Shown here: in pieces, positions 20,420-31,527 of the stretch
How the letters are laid out: the number at the start of each line of letters is the position of its first letter
Numbering within the stretch: the first letter of the stretch is position 1
From: an uncultured bacterium
GTDB taxonomy: Bacteria; Armatimonadota; UBA5829
DNA length: 64,000 nt
Direction of reading: 5' to 3'
NCBI GenBank assembly: GCA_963823885.1
Contig: CAWGNL010000060.1
Location: 576 to 64,575 of the forward strand
Program-made: the position numbers and the translations under genes
Notes under the pieces: generated by a model
The model's input: the letters and a program-made list of their open reading frames with translations, nothing else
The model's database searches: none
What the model was told of the DNA's origin: nothing

Positions 20420-21773
20420 CTACACAAATATCAGCACCGGCGACTCCAGGATCGCCTTCAACCCCGCGAGGAATTCGGCGGCCGGCGCGCCGTCCATTAC
20501 TCTGTGATCGAACGATAGGCACAGGTTCATCATGGACCGAATCCTGACCTCGCCATCGATTGCCACCGGAGCATCGGCGATCTCGCACACACCCAGGATC
20601 GCGCTCTGGCCCGGAACGATGATCGGATTAAAGCTGACCACCCCGTACACGCCGAGGTTTGTAATGGTGAACGTGCCATCCTTGAAGTCCGAGGCCGCCG
20701 CCGTCCCCCCGCGCGCGCTGGCGACGAGGTCCTTGATTTCTCTGGATATCCGCGCCAGGCTCTTCGTTTGCGCATCCCTAATCACGGGCGCCACAAGCCC
20801 TTCATCGATCGCTGTGGCGATCCCAAGATTAACGGTCTCGTGAATAACTATCCGATCGCCGTCCAGCGAGGAGTTGACTATCGGCTTGTCCTGAATTGCC
20901 GTCGCGACTGCCTTCGCGATAATATCGGTAAATGAAATCCGTACCCCATAGCGGCTCTCGACCGGTTGCAGGATGCGTTTTCGTAGAGCAGCGCACTCTG
21001 TCATGTCGACCTGGGCGACCAGGGTGACGTGCGCCGCGGTCCGCGCACTGGATGCCACATTCCGCGCCACGGCCTTGCGCACGCCGGGAAATGGAATAGT
21101 GGTTCCGATCGCCGTCGCGCCCGGGCTGCGGGGCTTGCGCGGCTCGCATGATATCGGTGCTGGTGATCTTGCCGGCGACGCCGCTGCCGCTTACGGCGCC
21201 CGTCTCCACCCCCATTTCCGCCGCCATCCTTCCGGCGAGCGGAGTCATCCTGGGAGCCGAGGCCGGATGATCCAGCACATCTCGCTCCAGGATGCGGCCA
21301 CTGGGCCCCGTGCCCTTGCCCGCAAGCTCGGAAATGTCGATGCCGCGCTCCCTGGCAACGCGCCTGGCGGCCGGCGAAGCAAAGATTCTCTCTGCAACCG
21401 GCGGCGCGGTCCCCATGTCGCCTGCATGCGTCGGGACAGCCGGACCAATCGGCGCGCTCGGTTCAGCCGCCTTCTCCGGGGCAGGGGCGGGGACGGGCGC
21501 GGCTGCCTTACCCAGCGCGTCTTCCGCGGACTCGCCGGCGGCTCCTATTAAAGCTATGGGCTCCTTGACCGGCACCGTCTGCTCCGGCCCAGCGTAAATC
21601 TTCAGCAAGACGCCGTCGCTGGGCGCCTCCACTTCCATGTTGACCTTGTCCGTCATCACCTCGAGCAAGGGTTCCCCTGCTTTGATCGGGTCACCCTCGT
21701 TCTTGAACCACCTGATTATCGTTCCCTCTTCCATGGTCTGCCCCAGCAGGGGCATCGCCATCTTCGTCGCCAT
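20420..21773 (-). CDS. Dihydrolipoamide acyltransferase (E2) of a 2-oxoacid dehydrogenase complex (frameshift near 21090)
   Basis: Lipoyl domain (EVMTDKVNMEVEAP), E3/E1-binding domain (ASPAARRVARERGIDISELAGKGTGPSGRI), and catalytic domain with DHRVMDG. Confidence 0.85.
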
Positions 21774-22038
21774 AACCCACTACACACCTTTCATTGCCAA
21801 GTCTAACCCGCATTATTTACGCGCCCATGTTCATTACGCCAATCGTCCGGCTGTTTCCTTCACAAGCCGCAAAAACCTTGTGTAAACCTTTCGCGCCCTG
21901 CTATAATACCCAATGGGCGAGGAAGTTGGCGAACCCGATCCGGCGTTCGGAGACGCCGGACCATCGTCCCGTTGTTTCGGGAAACCCTTCTCCCGAAACA
22001 GGGGGCTTGTTAGCAGCTTTCCACTTTCCGCTATCCGC

Positions 22039-22208
22039 CCTAAAGCGGCGTAGCCGCAACCAAAAAACCATCGCCGGAAAATCAATACCGCCTTTCCGCA
22101 ATTCGGAAGGTCGGTGGTTTCTTCTTACGTATCTTACAACTGAAATCCGAGGTCACATATGAAAGTTCAGGTACAACTTGTATAGGATTTCAGTTGTAAG
22201 ATGCTACG
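22039..22208 (+). repeat. LR element, L module only (copy 2)
   Basis: cctaaagcggcgtagccgcaacc ... cttacaactgaaatcc-N36-ggatttcagttgtaagatgcta. It ends 6 nt before the aconitase ORF. Confidence 0.9.
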
Positions 22209-22213
22209 CCTAA

Positions 22214-24158
22214 ATGGATCGAACAATGACACTCAACCTTGCAAAAAAGATTATCCGCGAGCACCTCGTGGAAGGTGAAATGATTCCCGGTCGGGAGATT
22301 GCGATACGCATCGACCAGACCCTCACCCAGGATGCCACGGGAACAATGGCCTACCTGCAGTTCGAGGCGCTGGGAGTGCCGTCGGTGAAGACAAAACTCT
22401 CCGTGAGTTACGTAGACCATAACACCCTCCAGTCCGGCTTCGAGAACGCGGACGATCACGCGTACCTGCAGAGCGCCGCCGCCAAATATGGCGTCTACTT
22501 CTCCCTGCCGGGAAACGGCATCTGTCACCAGGTCCAACTGGAGCGCTTCGATGTGCCCGGCGACACCCTCCTTGGATCCGACAGCCATACTCCTACCGCT
22601 GGAGGCTTGGGGATGCTCGCAATAGGAGCGGGCGGATTGGACGTGGCCTCGGCGATGGCCGGACAGCCCTTCTACCTGCCGATGCCCAAAGTCTGCCTTG
22701 TCAGGCTGACCGGCAGCTTAAGGCCCTGGGTATCCGCTAAGGATGTGATCCTCGAAGTCCTGCGCATTCTGGGGGTAAAGGGTGGGGTCGGCAAGATTAT
22801 CGAGTACGGCGGGGAGGGAATCCGGAGCCTCTCGGCCACGGATCGCGCCACCATAACGAACATGGGGCCGAGCCGGCGCCACGACATCCATCTTCCCAAG
22901 CGACGATATCACGCGAGCGTTCCTCGCTTCTCAAAACCGGGAGGGCGATTGGAAGCAGGTATTGCCCGATCCGCAATGCGATTATGATGAAGTTATCGAG
23001 GTAAACTTAGACACACTTGAACCTCTAATCGCTATGCCCCACTCGCCGGACAATGTGGTAAAGGTCAGCGAAATCGAGGGGACGAAAGTCGATCAGGTGG
23101 CAATCGGCAGTTGCACCAACTCGTCCCTGCGGGACCTGATGGTCGTAGCCGGCGCTCTCAAAGGCAGGACCGTGCACCCATCGGTGAGCCTCGTGATATC
23201 GCCTGGGTCCAGGCAGGTGTTCGAGATGATCGCCAGGAACGGCGCGCTTGCGGAGTTGATATCGGCAGGGGCCAGATTGCTCGAATCCGCCTGCGGGCCG
23301 TGCATCGGAATGGGACAATCTCCCAAGACCAATGCGGTCTCCATACGCACGTTTCAACCGCAATTTCGAGGGTCGAAGCGGCACCGCGAGCGCTCAGGTT
23401 TACCTTGCCGGGCCGGAAGTCGCGGTGGCAGCCGCCATATACGGCGCGATTACCGATCCGCGCAAGCTGGGCGAGCCGCCTGTATTTCGAATCGCCGCAA
23501 AGCTACCTCGCCGATGACCGAATGGTGATACGGCCTTCGGATGAGCCGCGGTCGGTGGAAATAGTCCGCGGACCCAACATCAAGCCGCTGCCCACGAATA
23601 CCCCTCTGCCCGATACGATCTCAGGGCGGGTTCTGCTGAAGGTCCGCGACAACATTACAACGGACCACATAATGCCGGCGGGCGCCAAGGTGCTGCCGCT
23701 GAGGTCGAACATTCCGGCGATATCGGAGTTCGTCTTCACGGCGGTCGATCCTGAGTTCCCCAGGCGCGCCAGGAAATACCCGGGCGGAGTCATCCTGGCA
23801 GGCGAAAACTACGGCCAGGGTTCCTCGCGCGAGCATGCGGCGCTTGCTCCGATGTATCTGGGGATCAAGGCGGTAATCGCGAAGTCCTTCGCTCGGATTC
23901 ATCGCCAGAACCTGATCAACTTCGGCATCGTGCCCCTCAAGCTTGTCGATCCATCCGACTACGACAGGATCAGCCAGTCTCGACGACGTCGAAATACTGG
24001 ACATTGCGAGCGACCTCATAGACGGCTCGTCGATACTCGTCCTGTTGGACCACAATATCACGATGGGCTTTGAAGTCAGCCACGATCTCTCCCAGCGCGA
24101 GCGCGAAGTCATTCTGGCCGGCGGAGCTTTGAATTACATAAAGAGCAAGGCAAGCTAA
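22214..24158 (+). CDS. Aconitase-family hydratase, single-chain catalytic plus swivel domains (3 or more frameshifts)
   Basis: [29 protein letters not shown] and CGPCIGMGQ (Fe-S ligand motifs), plus swivel [17 protein letters not shown]. The pieces are 22214..22987, 22962..23528, 23111..24073 and 23943..24158. Confidence 0.8.
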
Positions 24159-25492
24159 TGATTACGTCGGAAGCCGGATCGGTAGGAATCGTCCAAACAG
24201 CAAGTTTCACTTTCGCCGAGCCACCCAACGAGCTATTGCTCGACTGCGGGCGCAAACTGGGTCCCATAACCCTCGCGTACGAAACTTACGGCCGGATGAA
24301 CGCCGATAAGAGCAACTGCATTCTTGTGCTGCACGCGCTTACCGGCGATGCCCACGCGGCGGGCCGCAACCACCCCGAGGATCGCAAGCCCGGCTGGTGG
24401 GACAATATGATCGGGCCCGGCAAGGCTTTCGACACGAACAAGTACTTCATCATCTGCTCGAATATAATCTCCGGCTGCAAGGGAAGCACCGGGCCGGGAT
24501 CGGTTAACCCCGCCACGGGCGGGTTCCACGGCATAGACTTTCCAATAGTGACGATATCCGATATGGTCCGCGCTCAGAAGTTCCTGCTCGATCACCTGGG
24601 TATCAGCCAACTGATGTGCGTCGTCGGCGGCAGCATGGGAGGCATGCAGGCGCTGGAATGGACCGTGGCCTACCCCGACATGGTGCGGATGGCGATGCTC
24701 ATCGCAACCACAGCCAGGCTTTCCGCTCAGGCAATCGCCTTCGACGCCGTCGGCAGGCAGGCCATAATGTCCGATCCCAACTGGATGAACGGGGACTATT
24801 ATGGCAAGGAGCTTGCCGAGCGCCGGGCTGGCGATCGCGCGAATGATAGGGCATATCACTTACCTGTCGGATAAATCCATGCACAAAAAGTTCGGCCGCG
24901 ACCTGCAGAATACAAGACGACTCCCGACTATGATTTCGTCACCGAGTTCCAGGTGGAAAGTTATCTGAACTATCAGGGCGAGGCGTTCGTCGAAAGGTTT
25001 GACGCGAACTCCTATCTATACATCACCAAAGCCATGGACTACTACGACGCCGCGCAGCCCAGCGGCGATCTTCGCAAGGAGCTCGCGAAAGCGAAGGCCG
25101 CGTTCCTGGTAATCTCGTTCTCGTCGGACTGGCTGTTTCCATCCTATATGTCCAAAGAGATCGTTTCGGCGCTGAGGCGCAATAACATGGATGTCAGCTA
25201 CGCGGAGATACAATCCGACTACGGCCACGATGCATTCCTGCTGGAAGTCGACACTCTGAGCCGCCTGGTGGTCAACTTCCTGGATAGTACGCGGATCCCA
25301 AAAACGAGCAAGAGGAGTGAGTTCAGTAACCCGGGAACGACATCTCCGTCAGTGCTGAAGAGGCCCGGTTTGTGGGCCGTATCTGAAGCACGGCCGCATT
25401 GCGCGACCGCCCTTCGATACATACTGCTTACGCTCGCCACTCAGGGCTGGCGGGTTCTAAGTTCTGCAAAACTGAACCCTTTGAGCAAGAGC
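24158..25492 (+). CDS. metX: Homoserine O-acetyltransferase (frameshifted; 3' end uncertain)
   Basis: [12 protein letters not shown], nucleophile elbow [12 protein letters not shown], and C-terminal [11 protein letters not shown]. The frame changes between 24830 and 24950. The reading frame runs on into metW, so the real stop is probably lost to an indel. Confidence 0.8.
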
Positions 25493-25493
25493 C

Positions 25494-26141
25494 ATGAGAG
25501 ATGCCCCGAGCGACAATCGCATCAGCCCCGCCGACGACGAGCTCAGGCCGGAGTTTCGCTACGTGATCGAGATGGTCAAGCCGGGCAGCCGGGTACCGGA
25601 CCTCGGCTGCGGCGAGGGACATCTCCTGAAGGCCGCGCAGCACGAGAAGCGCGCGCGCGTCCAGGGGATAGAGAACTCGGACACGGCAATTCAGGAGTGC
25701 GTCGCCAAGGGTTTGTTCGTCTTTCACGGCGACCTCAACGAGGGTTTGGCCGACTTCAACGATCAGAGCATGGACTATGTGAATCCTGACCAATACCATC
25801 CAGGTGCTGCACAGGCCGGATTTTTTGATTAGAGAAGCCGCGCGCGTGGGCAGGCACTGCATTATATCCATCCCCAACTTCGCCCATTGGCGGACCCGGT
25901 TCCAGCTTATGTTCCGGGGGGTGATGCCCAGGACGAAGGTACCTGCCGTTCGAGTGGTATGACACCCCCAACATCCACCTCACCACCATCCAGGACTTCC
26001 GGCGTTTCTGCCGCGAGCACGATCTGATGTTCGAGGAAACTGATCTCGTGCTCCGCCCCAACGGCTGCGCGCTGGTCCCCCACCCTCGCCAATTTCTTCG
26101 CGAATTACGGGATATTCCTGGTGACCAGGGTTAAAGGTTAA
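25494..26141 (+). CDS. metW: Methionine biosynthesis protein MetW (SAM-methyltransferase fold; frameshifted)
   Basis: GSRVPDLGCGEGHLL. It continues in other frames as LQVLHRPDFLIREAARVGRHCIISIPNFAHWRTRFQLMFRG ... LANFFANYGIFLVTRVKG and ends at TAA 26139-26141. Confidence 0.75.
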
Positions 26142-26175
26142 AGGTTGGAGAACCTCTCCAGGCCTTTAACCCCGT

Positions 26176-26352
26176 TAGCCCGCATTATTCACGAATTGAT
26201 AGGCCAGTCTTTTGGCTTGGGTACCCACGCGCTCCCTCTCCTGGATGGAGAGGGCTGGGGTGAGGGGGAAACGCCGTAATTGGGCACAAGCTCATCGACC
26301 GCGGCGTTCCACCCTCACCCCCAACCCCTCTCCCGTGAGGGCGAGGGGAGTT
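26176..26352 (+). repeat. Family-G palindromic element (truncated copy)
   Basis: gcccgcattattcacgaatt ... ccctctcctggatggagagggctggggtgaggggg ... ccaccctcacccccaacccctctcccgtgagggcgagggg. It is the reverse complement of 39889-40105. Confidence 0.85.
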
Positions 26353-26441
26353 CTGCCGCGGTGTTGTTTATAAAAGCACGACGTCGAAATCGAGCGCAAG
26401 GTGTTCCGTCTCCGAGATGCTGATCTTTTTTCGGACTTTCC

Positions 26442-26630
26442 CTGGGTGGCGATTTCCGAATCGCCACCCGAACGCCGAATAAGGGATTTCCGAATCCCGT
26501 GCTTTGCTTGTAGGTCAGGTAAGTCAGAAGGGTTTTTCAGTCCGCTCTGCGACTAGACGGATAGCGCGTTTTACCGGATTCGGAAAATCCGGCGGGATGA
26601 CGCGGTGGCGATTCGGAAATCGCCACCCAG
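26442..26630. repeat. Large palindromic REPIN-C: two inverted GGGTGGCGAtttccgaaTCGCCACCC hairpins, each with an inner smaller hairpin
   Basis: Left arm 26442-26469 and right arm 26604-26630 (ggtggcgattcggaaatcgccaccc). The inner pair is gggatttccgaatccc / ccggattcggaaaatccgg. Confidence 0.85.
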
Positions 26631-26667
26631 AGCCGGTCATCCTTCACGAGCACAGCCGGTAGGGCTA

Positions 26668-27108
26668 TTAGGGTCCTACGAGGCTCGATAGCAGGGTGAT
26701 CGGTAATAGCCTCCCGAGGGTAGGGTCGTTTGTCACAAACAGGGAACAGTTCGCCTCCAATGCCGTGGCGGCATGAATCGCATCAGGAGTCTTCAGACCT
26801 TCGTGGGCTCGGATCAGCAGCGACCGTTCAAGAATCGCCTGGGTGATGGGCTGCAACTGGACTGCTCCGGATGTAAGCAACAATTCCCTAAACAGCTTCT
26901 CCAAAAGGACATCCCGTTCTCGCACCGGCTTGACGAGCGTTTCCAGCAACGCCAGTTCGCTGGAGACAATCCGTGCGTCGCCGGATTTAGAAGAAGCCCA
27001 TGCAGGTTCAAGTAGGCTGCTGTACGGCTCAATCTTTTCGACGCTATATATGAGGCAGTTTGCGTCGAGGTATATCGCGCCCGAGGAAGGCAAGGTCAGT
27101 GGTCCCAC
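26668..27108 (-). CDS. vapC: PIN-domain toxin (VapC-like)
   Basis: 146 aa with conserved acidic PIN positions (YLDAN, SELALLE, TPDAIH, VTND). It overlaps the upstream antitoxin ORF by 13 nt. Confidence 0.8.
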   Translation of the reverse strand: MGPLTLPSSGAIYLDANCLIYSVEKIEPYSSLLEPAWASSKSGDARIVSSELALLETLVKPVRERDVLLEKLFRELLLTSGAVQLQPITQAILERSLLIRAHEGLKTPDAIHAATALEANCSLFVTNDPTLGRLLPITLLSSLVGP

Positions 27109-27335
27109 GAACCGCGCTCCTCTCGAATGTAGGCATCCACCTCTTCGGCGGACTTAAAAAGTCTGTGCCCTGGAGCTTCCGCGAGAATGTCCAGCGCCGA
27201 CCGCCCCCTACGAGGAGTTGCCTCCGAACTGATAATTATCACCTCCACTGTCTCTCCGGATGTCAGATCCGGAGCCGTGACTTCGATCTTTCCGCCGGCA
27301 CCAACAGTGGCTGTCATTTTAACGGCCGTTTGCAT
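27096..27335 (-). CDS. vapB: Type II antitoxin (VapB-like, AbrB/SpoVT-type fold probable)
   Basis: 79-aa ORF directly upstream of and overlapping the PIN gene. GGKIEVTAPDLTSGETVEVIII is swapped-hairpin-like. Confidence 0.6.
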   Translation of the reverse strand: MQTAVKMTATVGAGGKIEVTAPDLTSGETVEVIIISSEATPRRGRSALDILAEAPGHRLFKSAEEVDAYIREERGSWDH

Positions 27336-27405
27336 TGTCGATCATCCTCGTCCTACAAGCGCATTTTCCCCTACATTAAATGATACCACAACTTGACCAT
27401 CACTT

Positions 27406-29079
27406 TCACTTCTTGAACGGCACCACCACCGTGCCTCCATAGCTGGTTCCCGAGGAGTGGCCGGTCACCCCGAACGAGCCGACTTTGTTCACGATAGCCA
27501 TCATCGTGCGGCGGTCCCTCGGCGTCAGTTCGTTTGCGAAAGTGCGGCAAATCCCACTGAGATCGCCGAAGCAAATCCCGCCCGAACGCTTTGCGCCGAG
27601 TGCCTGGTAACCAAGCGGAACGAGTCCGACCCCAAACATTGGCCTTCCCCTTGACCACCTGGATCGCATTGGCCACCCGGGCTTTAGTCTGCCCGCTTAC
27701 CACTACGATCACCTTGTCACCGACCATCGCGTCGGCGAATCGCATTTGCGGGTTCGATGGCGGGCCGAAAATCACATTCTCCCCGGCCACGTCGAGCTTG
27801 CTAAAGGCCATGTCGCCTATGCCCGCGGCAGCGGCATGAACTTTGTTTATCGAATTTCGCACCACAGCCGGCTTGTCCACCGTGAGCACCGCGACGACAG
27901 CGCCAGGGAACCCCTTTGGGCTGGAAGGCCGACCCGGAACGTAATAAACGCCCAGCATCGTAATCCGATCCAGCAGATCAGCGAGTGGGTCGATCCCCAG
28001 CATCTGCTTCGCCTGGGCGAGGTTACGTCCCGATCTGCTCCCTCACCGACGGGTTTTCCATAAGCTGCTTCCGGAACTCCGCCCACACCTTGTCGAACCC
28101 CGCGACAGCCATCGTCACTGAGGCATCCTTCGGAGCAAACGAGACCAGCCTCTCCGGGCTGTCCTCCACTGACGACGGGCTGGGCGCCGCGGTAATGCCG
28201 TGAAAATCGAACCTGACCCCATCGCCGTTCGCTCTGGCCTGCCCCACGGCCGCGATATTGTTCTCCCAGGACTTCTTGAACGAGTCCATCGCGCCCGGCC
28301 CCATCATCGCGAGCGCCATGGACATCATGGAACTCATCAGCTTCGAGGTACCCCGGCCCCGCAAAAGTAGGTGGTGGCAAAAGTCGCATCGTCGGGCTTC
28401 CGCATTTTCGTGAAGTTGGAGTCATCCAGCAGGCTGGGCTTGCCTTTCAGGGTATCGGACCACCTTCTTGAAGCCTTCCTCGCAATTCGAAAAGAGCCAT
28501 GGCGCTCTTCGCGGCGCCAACGAAGCACTCGTTCGGCCCAGCGAAGTAAGAGGCGGACCCGCGCGACACGCCATAGTAATCGCGCCCTTCGTATTCCAGC
28601 CGCCGGAAGCGTATCTGCTGTTCGTTGAGTTTCACTCCGATCAGAGTCAGCAGACTGGACGCGTCTTCCCTATCTCTGGCGCCGATCACGGCCACCATTT
28701 CCGGCTGGAACCCATAAGAATCGTCCAGCACGGCGCCCGCGCCGATGCCACTGAGCTTAGGTATGACATCTCTGGAAAAATCTATGCGAGCCTCCCCGCT
28801 GAGTTCGCGGAGCAACTGGTTCTCTGGATCATTTAAGCCTGCCTGCTTCAAGACGCCCTCGATATACTTAATGGCGGCGTCCTTGCCGGCGGACCCTCTG
28901 ACGTTAACGGTCACCGCCATTGCAACGTCTTTCGGGATAAATGCCGCGGGATCGCCCGAACCCGACAAGACTCGCCAAATAGCCAGCGCCGCGATCCCGG
29001 CAGCCACAGCAATGAAGACCAACACGAAAAGCGGCACGGTGCGCCTTGCGGCCGGCTCGCTGACGATCTGCTCTTCCAT
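27406..29079 (-). CDS. Membrane-anchored hypothetical protein of about 550 aa (3 or more frameshifts)
   Basis: N-terminal TM segment VPLFVLVFIAVAAGIAALAIW. The pieces are 28447..29112, 28023..28364, 27371..28003 and 27406..27669. The start ATG at 29079 follows aaggaga. I cannot verify a family assignment (possibly DUF3352-like). Confidence 0.5.
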
Positions 29080-29294
29080 CTTTGGATATCTCCTTTCACG
29101 GTCGAAAGTCATACGTCGCTACAGATGCGATTCCTCTGAAGATAGTTGTCGGTCGTCAGTCCGGACACCTCGCGCTCGGCGCGTCGCAGCCGGACCCATG
29201 TCAATTGTCAATTATCAATTTCTTGATGGTCGGGCGTTTCCGAACGCCCGACCCAGTTCCCCGGGTTTGCAACCCGCGAGCACGCGTTCCCATT

Positions 29295-29361
29295 GCCGGT
29301 GTATCGGGAATCTTGTTCCCGATACGCACTTAGTTTCGGGAACAAGATTCCCGAAACACCC
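29295..29361 (+). repeat. REPIN-A' (inverted pair GTATCGGGAATCTTGTTCCCGATAC + GTTTCGGGAACAAGATTCCCGAAAC)
   Basis: Direct reading. The same 67-bp unit occurs at 31176-31242, 51299-51366 and other sites. Confidence 0.9.
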
Positions 29362-29462
29362 GTTAACTAAGCACTAGTTGTCAACAATGCGGGACGGTCG
29401 TCATCCGGGTGACCGATCCCCTCCCAATCCGCTGACCCTACAAACCCTACAAACCCTATCAA

Positions 29463-29938
29463 CCCTAAGGCGGCATAGCCGCAACCAAGAAGACCATCGC
29501 CGGAAAATCAATACGGCCTTTCCGTAATTCGGAAGGTCGGTGGTAGTATCTTACAACTGAAATCCGGGGTGACGTATCGGAGTTCGGTACAGCTTCTATC
29601 GGATTTCAGTTGTGAGATACTACGCTTTTCCCCAGACTTCGCTGGGGAAAAGTGGCCACCTTACGGTGGCAGTTGACCAAGGCAGGCGGTCGGGTTTTTC
29701 GCTTTTCGGTTGTTAAGGGATGATTTGGAGGGGGCGGAGATTTCCACCCCCATCCCTTGAACAACACCTGAGTCGGCTCGGGAGAGCTCCCCAGCGTTGC
29801 CCTACCCTCCGCCCAGGCAAAGCAAGTATAGCTCATCCGCCATCCCTTAACAACCATAAAGCGGAAAACCCAAAGGCGGTGCGCCGTCGAATCCGCCTTA
29901 GCGACAACAAATTGTTTCTAGGGAGGCGCTAAGCGCCT
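29463..29938 (+). repeat. LR element copy 3 (full length)
   Basis: L plus R modules. The right end ...ggaggcgctaagcgcCTA overlaps the TAG stop (29937-29939) of padR. Confidence 0.9.
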
Positions 29939-30335
29939 ATTCAACGATTACCGTTCGCGTTACTTCCAACAACTCCCCTATGGCATCGCGATAGGTGGAT
30001 AGCGTTTCCATCCAGCGAACAAGGCACGCACGCCCCGCCATAGTGAGGCTGTATAATCGTTTGGCGGGACCCGTTTCGGACGTATCCCACGTTGATGTAA
30101 CGAGCGCGCGGTCTTCCATCTGGCGCAAGAAGCGATACACCCCTGTCGCGTCCGGCTTTCGTCCACGAAAAATCGGCATCTCCGCCAAACGCTGCACGAG
30201 CGCATAACCATGAGCATCCTCACGTGCCAGCACTGCCAAGATGGCGGGCTGCACCAGTTTATCCAGGTTGCGTCCGGCACAGGGACAGTCACGGTATTTC
30301 TGGTCGGGTAACGGGGCGCCAGGCTGTGTTGTCAT
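29937..30335 (-). CDS. PadR-family transcriptional regulator
   Basis: 132 aa with a winged-helix PadR pattern (AILAVLAREDAHGYALVQRL ... GPAKRLYSLT). Confidence 0.85.
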   Translation of the reverse strand: MTTQPGAPLPDQKYRDCPCAGRNLDKLVQPAILAVLAREDAHGYALVQRLAEMPIFRGRKPDATGVYRFLRQMEDRALVTSTWDTSETGPAKRLYSLTMAGRACLVRWMETLSTYRDAIGELLEVTRTVIVE

Positions 30336-30561
30336 CGAGCATTCTCCAGCGGAAAGTATAAGTCAAGAGTTACGCCGCGTCAAGGCATTTCCGGAAATGT
30401 ATGGCAGCAGGATGTGGAAGGTGAAGAAACCGCCGTGGGGACGGGGAATCGCGACAGACCCCCATCCAGCGACAAAAGTTACAATGCGTGGGATGAAATC
30501 ATCGCCCACGGGGGCAGGGGAGTGATCCCTGCCCCCGTGGCACGGCCTCGGGTTTGGTCCA

Positions 30562-31014
30562 TCATACGGAGGCTGCACACCCCTCCAAAGTCCCGGCGGT
30601 CCGCGCCGAGTTCGAGGTCGATCCCCATTCGAATGAGATCTGCACGGGTGCGCCATCCTTCACGGCCAGGTCGACGGGACACGCATGGCTCTCACGTTCC
30701 AGGAAGATTTGCTCGTCATCCTTCGGGCGGTAGGGCGAACGTATGGTGATGTTGAAGTTGTCGATCTTGTAATTCTTCAACTCGTACGAGGTCTCGGCCC
30801 AGGTTCCCGTCAAGTCGATCCCTCGCCCTTCGGCGGCTTTTGCCATCACAATTATCAGACAGGACCCCAGCCCCATGGCCACTAGATCGATGGGGTTAAG
30901 ATCGACGCCTTTCCCTCCGAAGGCGCAGCATCCCTCAAGGGCAATTTCTTGCCCCAGCTCGTGGTGGACAGCATTCGTGTGGATCATGCAATCCAAAGTT
31001 ACAGTCATTCCCAT
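30562..31014 (-). CDS. OsmC/Ohr-family protein
   Basis: 150 aa. NPIDLVAMGLGSCLIIV ... ESHACPV, with the two conserved Cys typical of OsmC-like proteins. Confidence 0.7.
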   Translation of the reverse strand: MGMTVTLDCMIHTNAVHHELGQEIALEGCCAFGGKGVDLNPIDLVAMGLGSCLIIVMAKAAEGRGIDLTGTWAETSYELKNYKIDNFNITIRSPYRPKDDEQIFLERESHACPVDLAVKDGAPVQISFEWGSTSNSARTAGTLEGCAASV

Positions 31015-31125
31015 GATTTTCCTCCTTGGCGTGCAATTTCTGCTAGAAGAGCTTCGCCACTAAGAGACGCTCTCCACTAGTCGTTGACAATCATATCACC
31101 GTGCTATTGCTCTGTCAATTAGTAT

Positions 31126-31521
31126 TATCTTACAACTGAAATCCGAGGTGACGTATCAAAATTCAGGTACAGCTTGCCGGTGTATCGGGAATCTTGTTCC
31201 CGATACGCACTTAGTTTCGGGAACAAGATTCCCGAAACACCCGTTAACTAAGCACTAGTTGTCAACAATGCGGGACGGTCGTCATCCGGGTGACCGATCC
31301 CCTCCCAATCCGCTGACCCTACAAACCCTACAAACCCTACAAACCCTATCAACCCTAAGGCGGCATAGCCGCAACCAAGAAGACCATCGCCGGAAAATCA
31401 ATACGGCCTTTCCGCGATTCGGAAGGTCGGTGGTTTCTTCTTACGTATCTTACAACTGAAATCCGAGGTGACATGTCAAAGTTCAGTACAGCTTGTATAG
31501 GATTTCAGTTGTAAGATACTA
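31126..31521 (+). repeat. Nested repeat: half of an L hairpin (31126-31175), then REPIN-A' (31176-31242), a 110-bp spacer with ccctacaaa x3, and a complete L module (31353-31521)
   Basis: The left arm plus loop 5' part (tatcttacaactgaaatccgaggtgac.t.tcaaa.ttcag.tacagctt) occurs twice, at 31126 and 31446. The segment 31176-31500 parallels 29295-29600. Confidence 0.85.
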
Positions 31522-31527
31522 TCGACC

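Noticed and set aside
26668-27335. VapBC as part of a larger defence island
   Set aside because: The neighbours are housekeeping genes (metW) and a hypothetical membrane protein. No other defence-type genes are in the vicinity, so I treat it as an ordinary solitary type II TA pair flanked by repeats.
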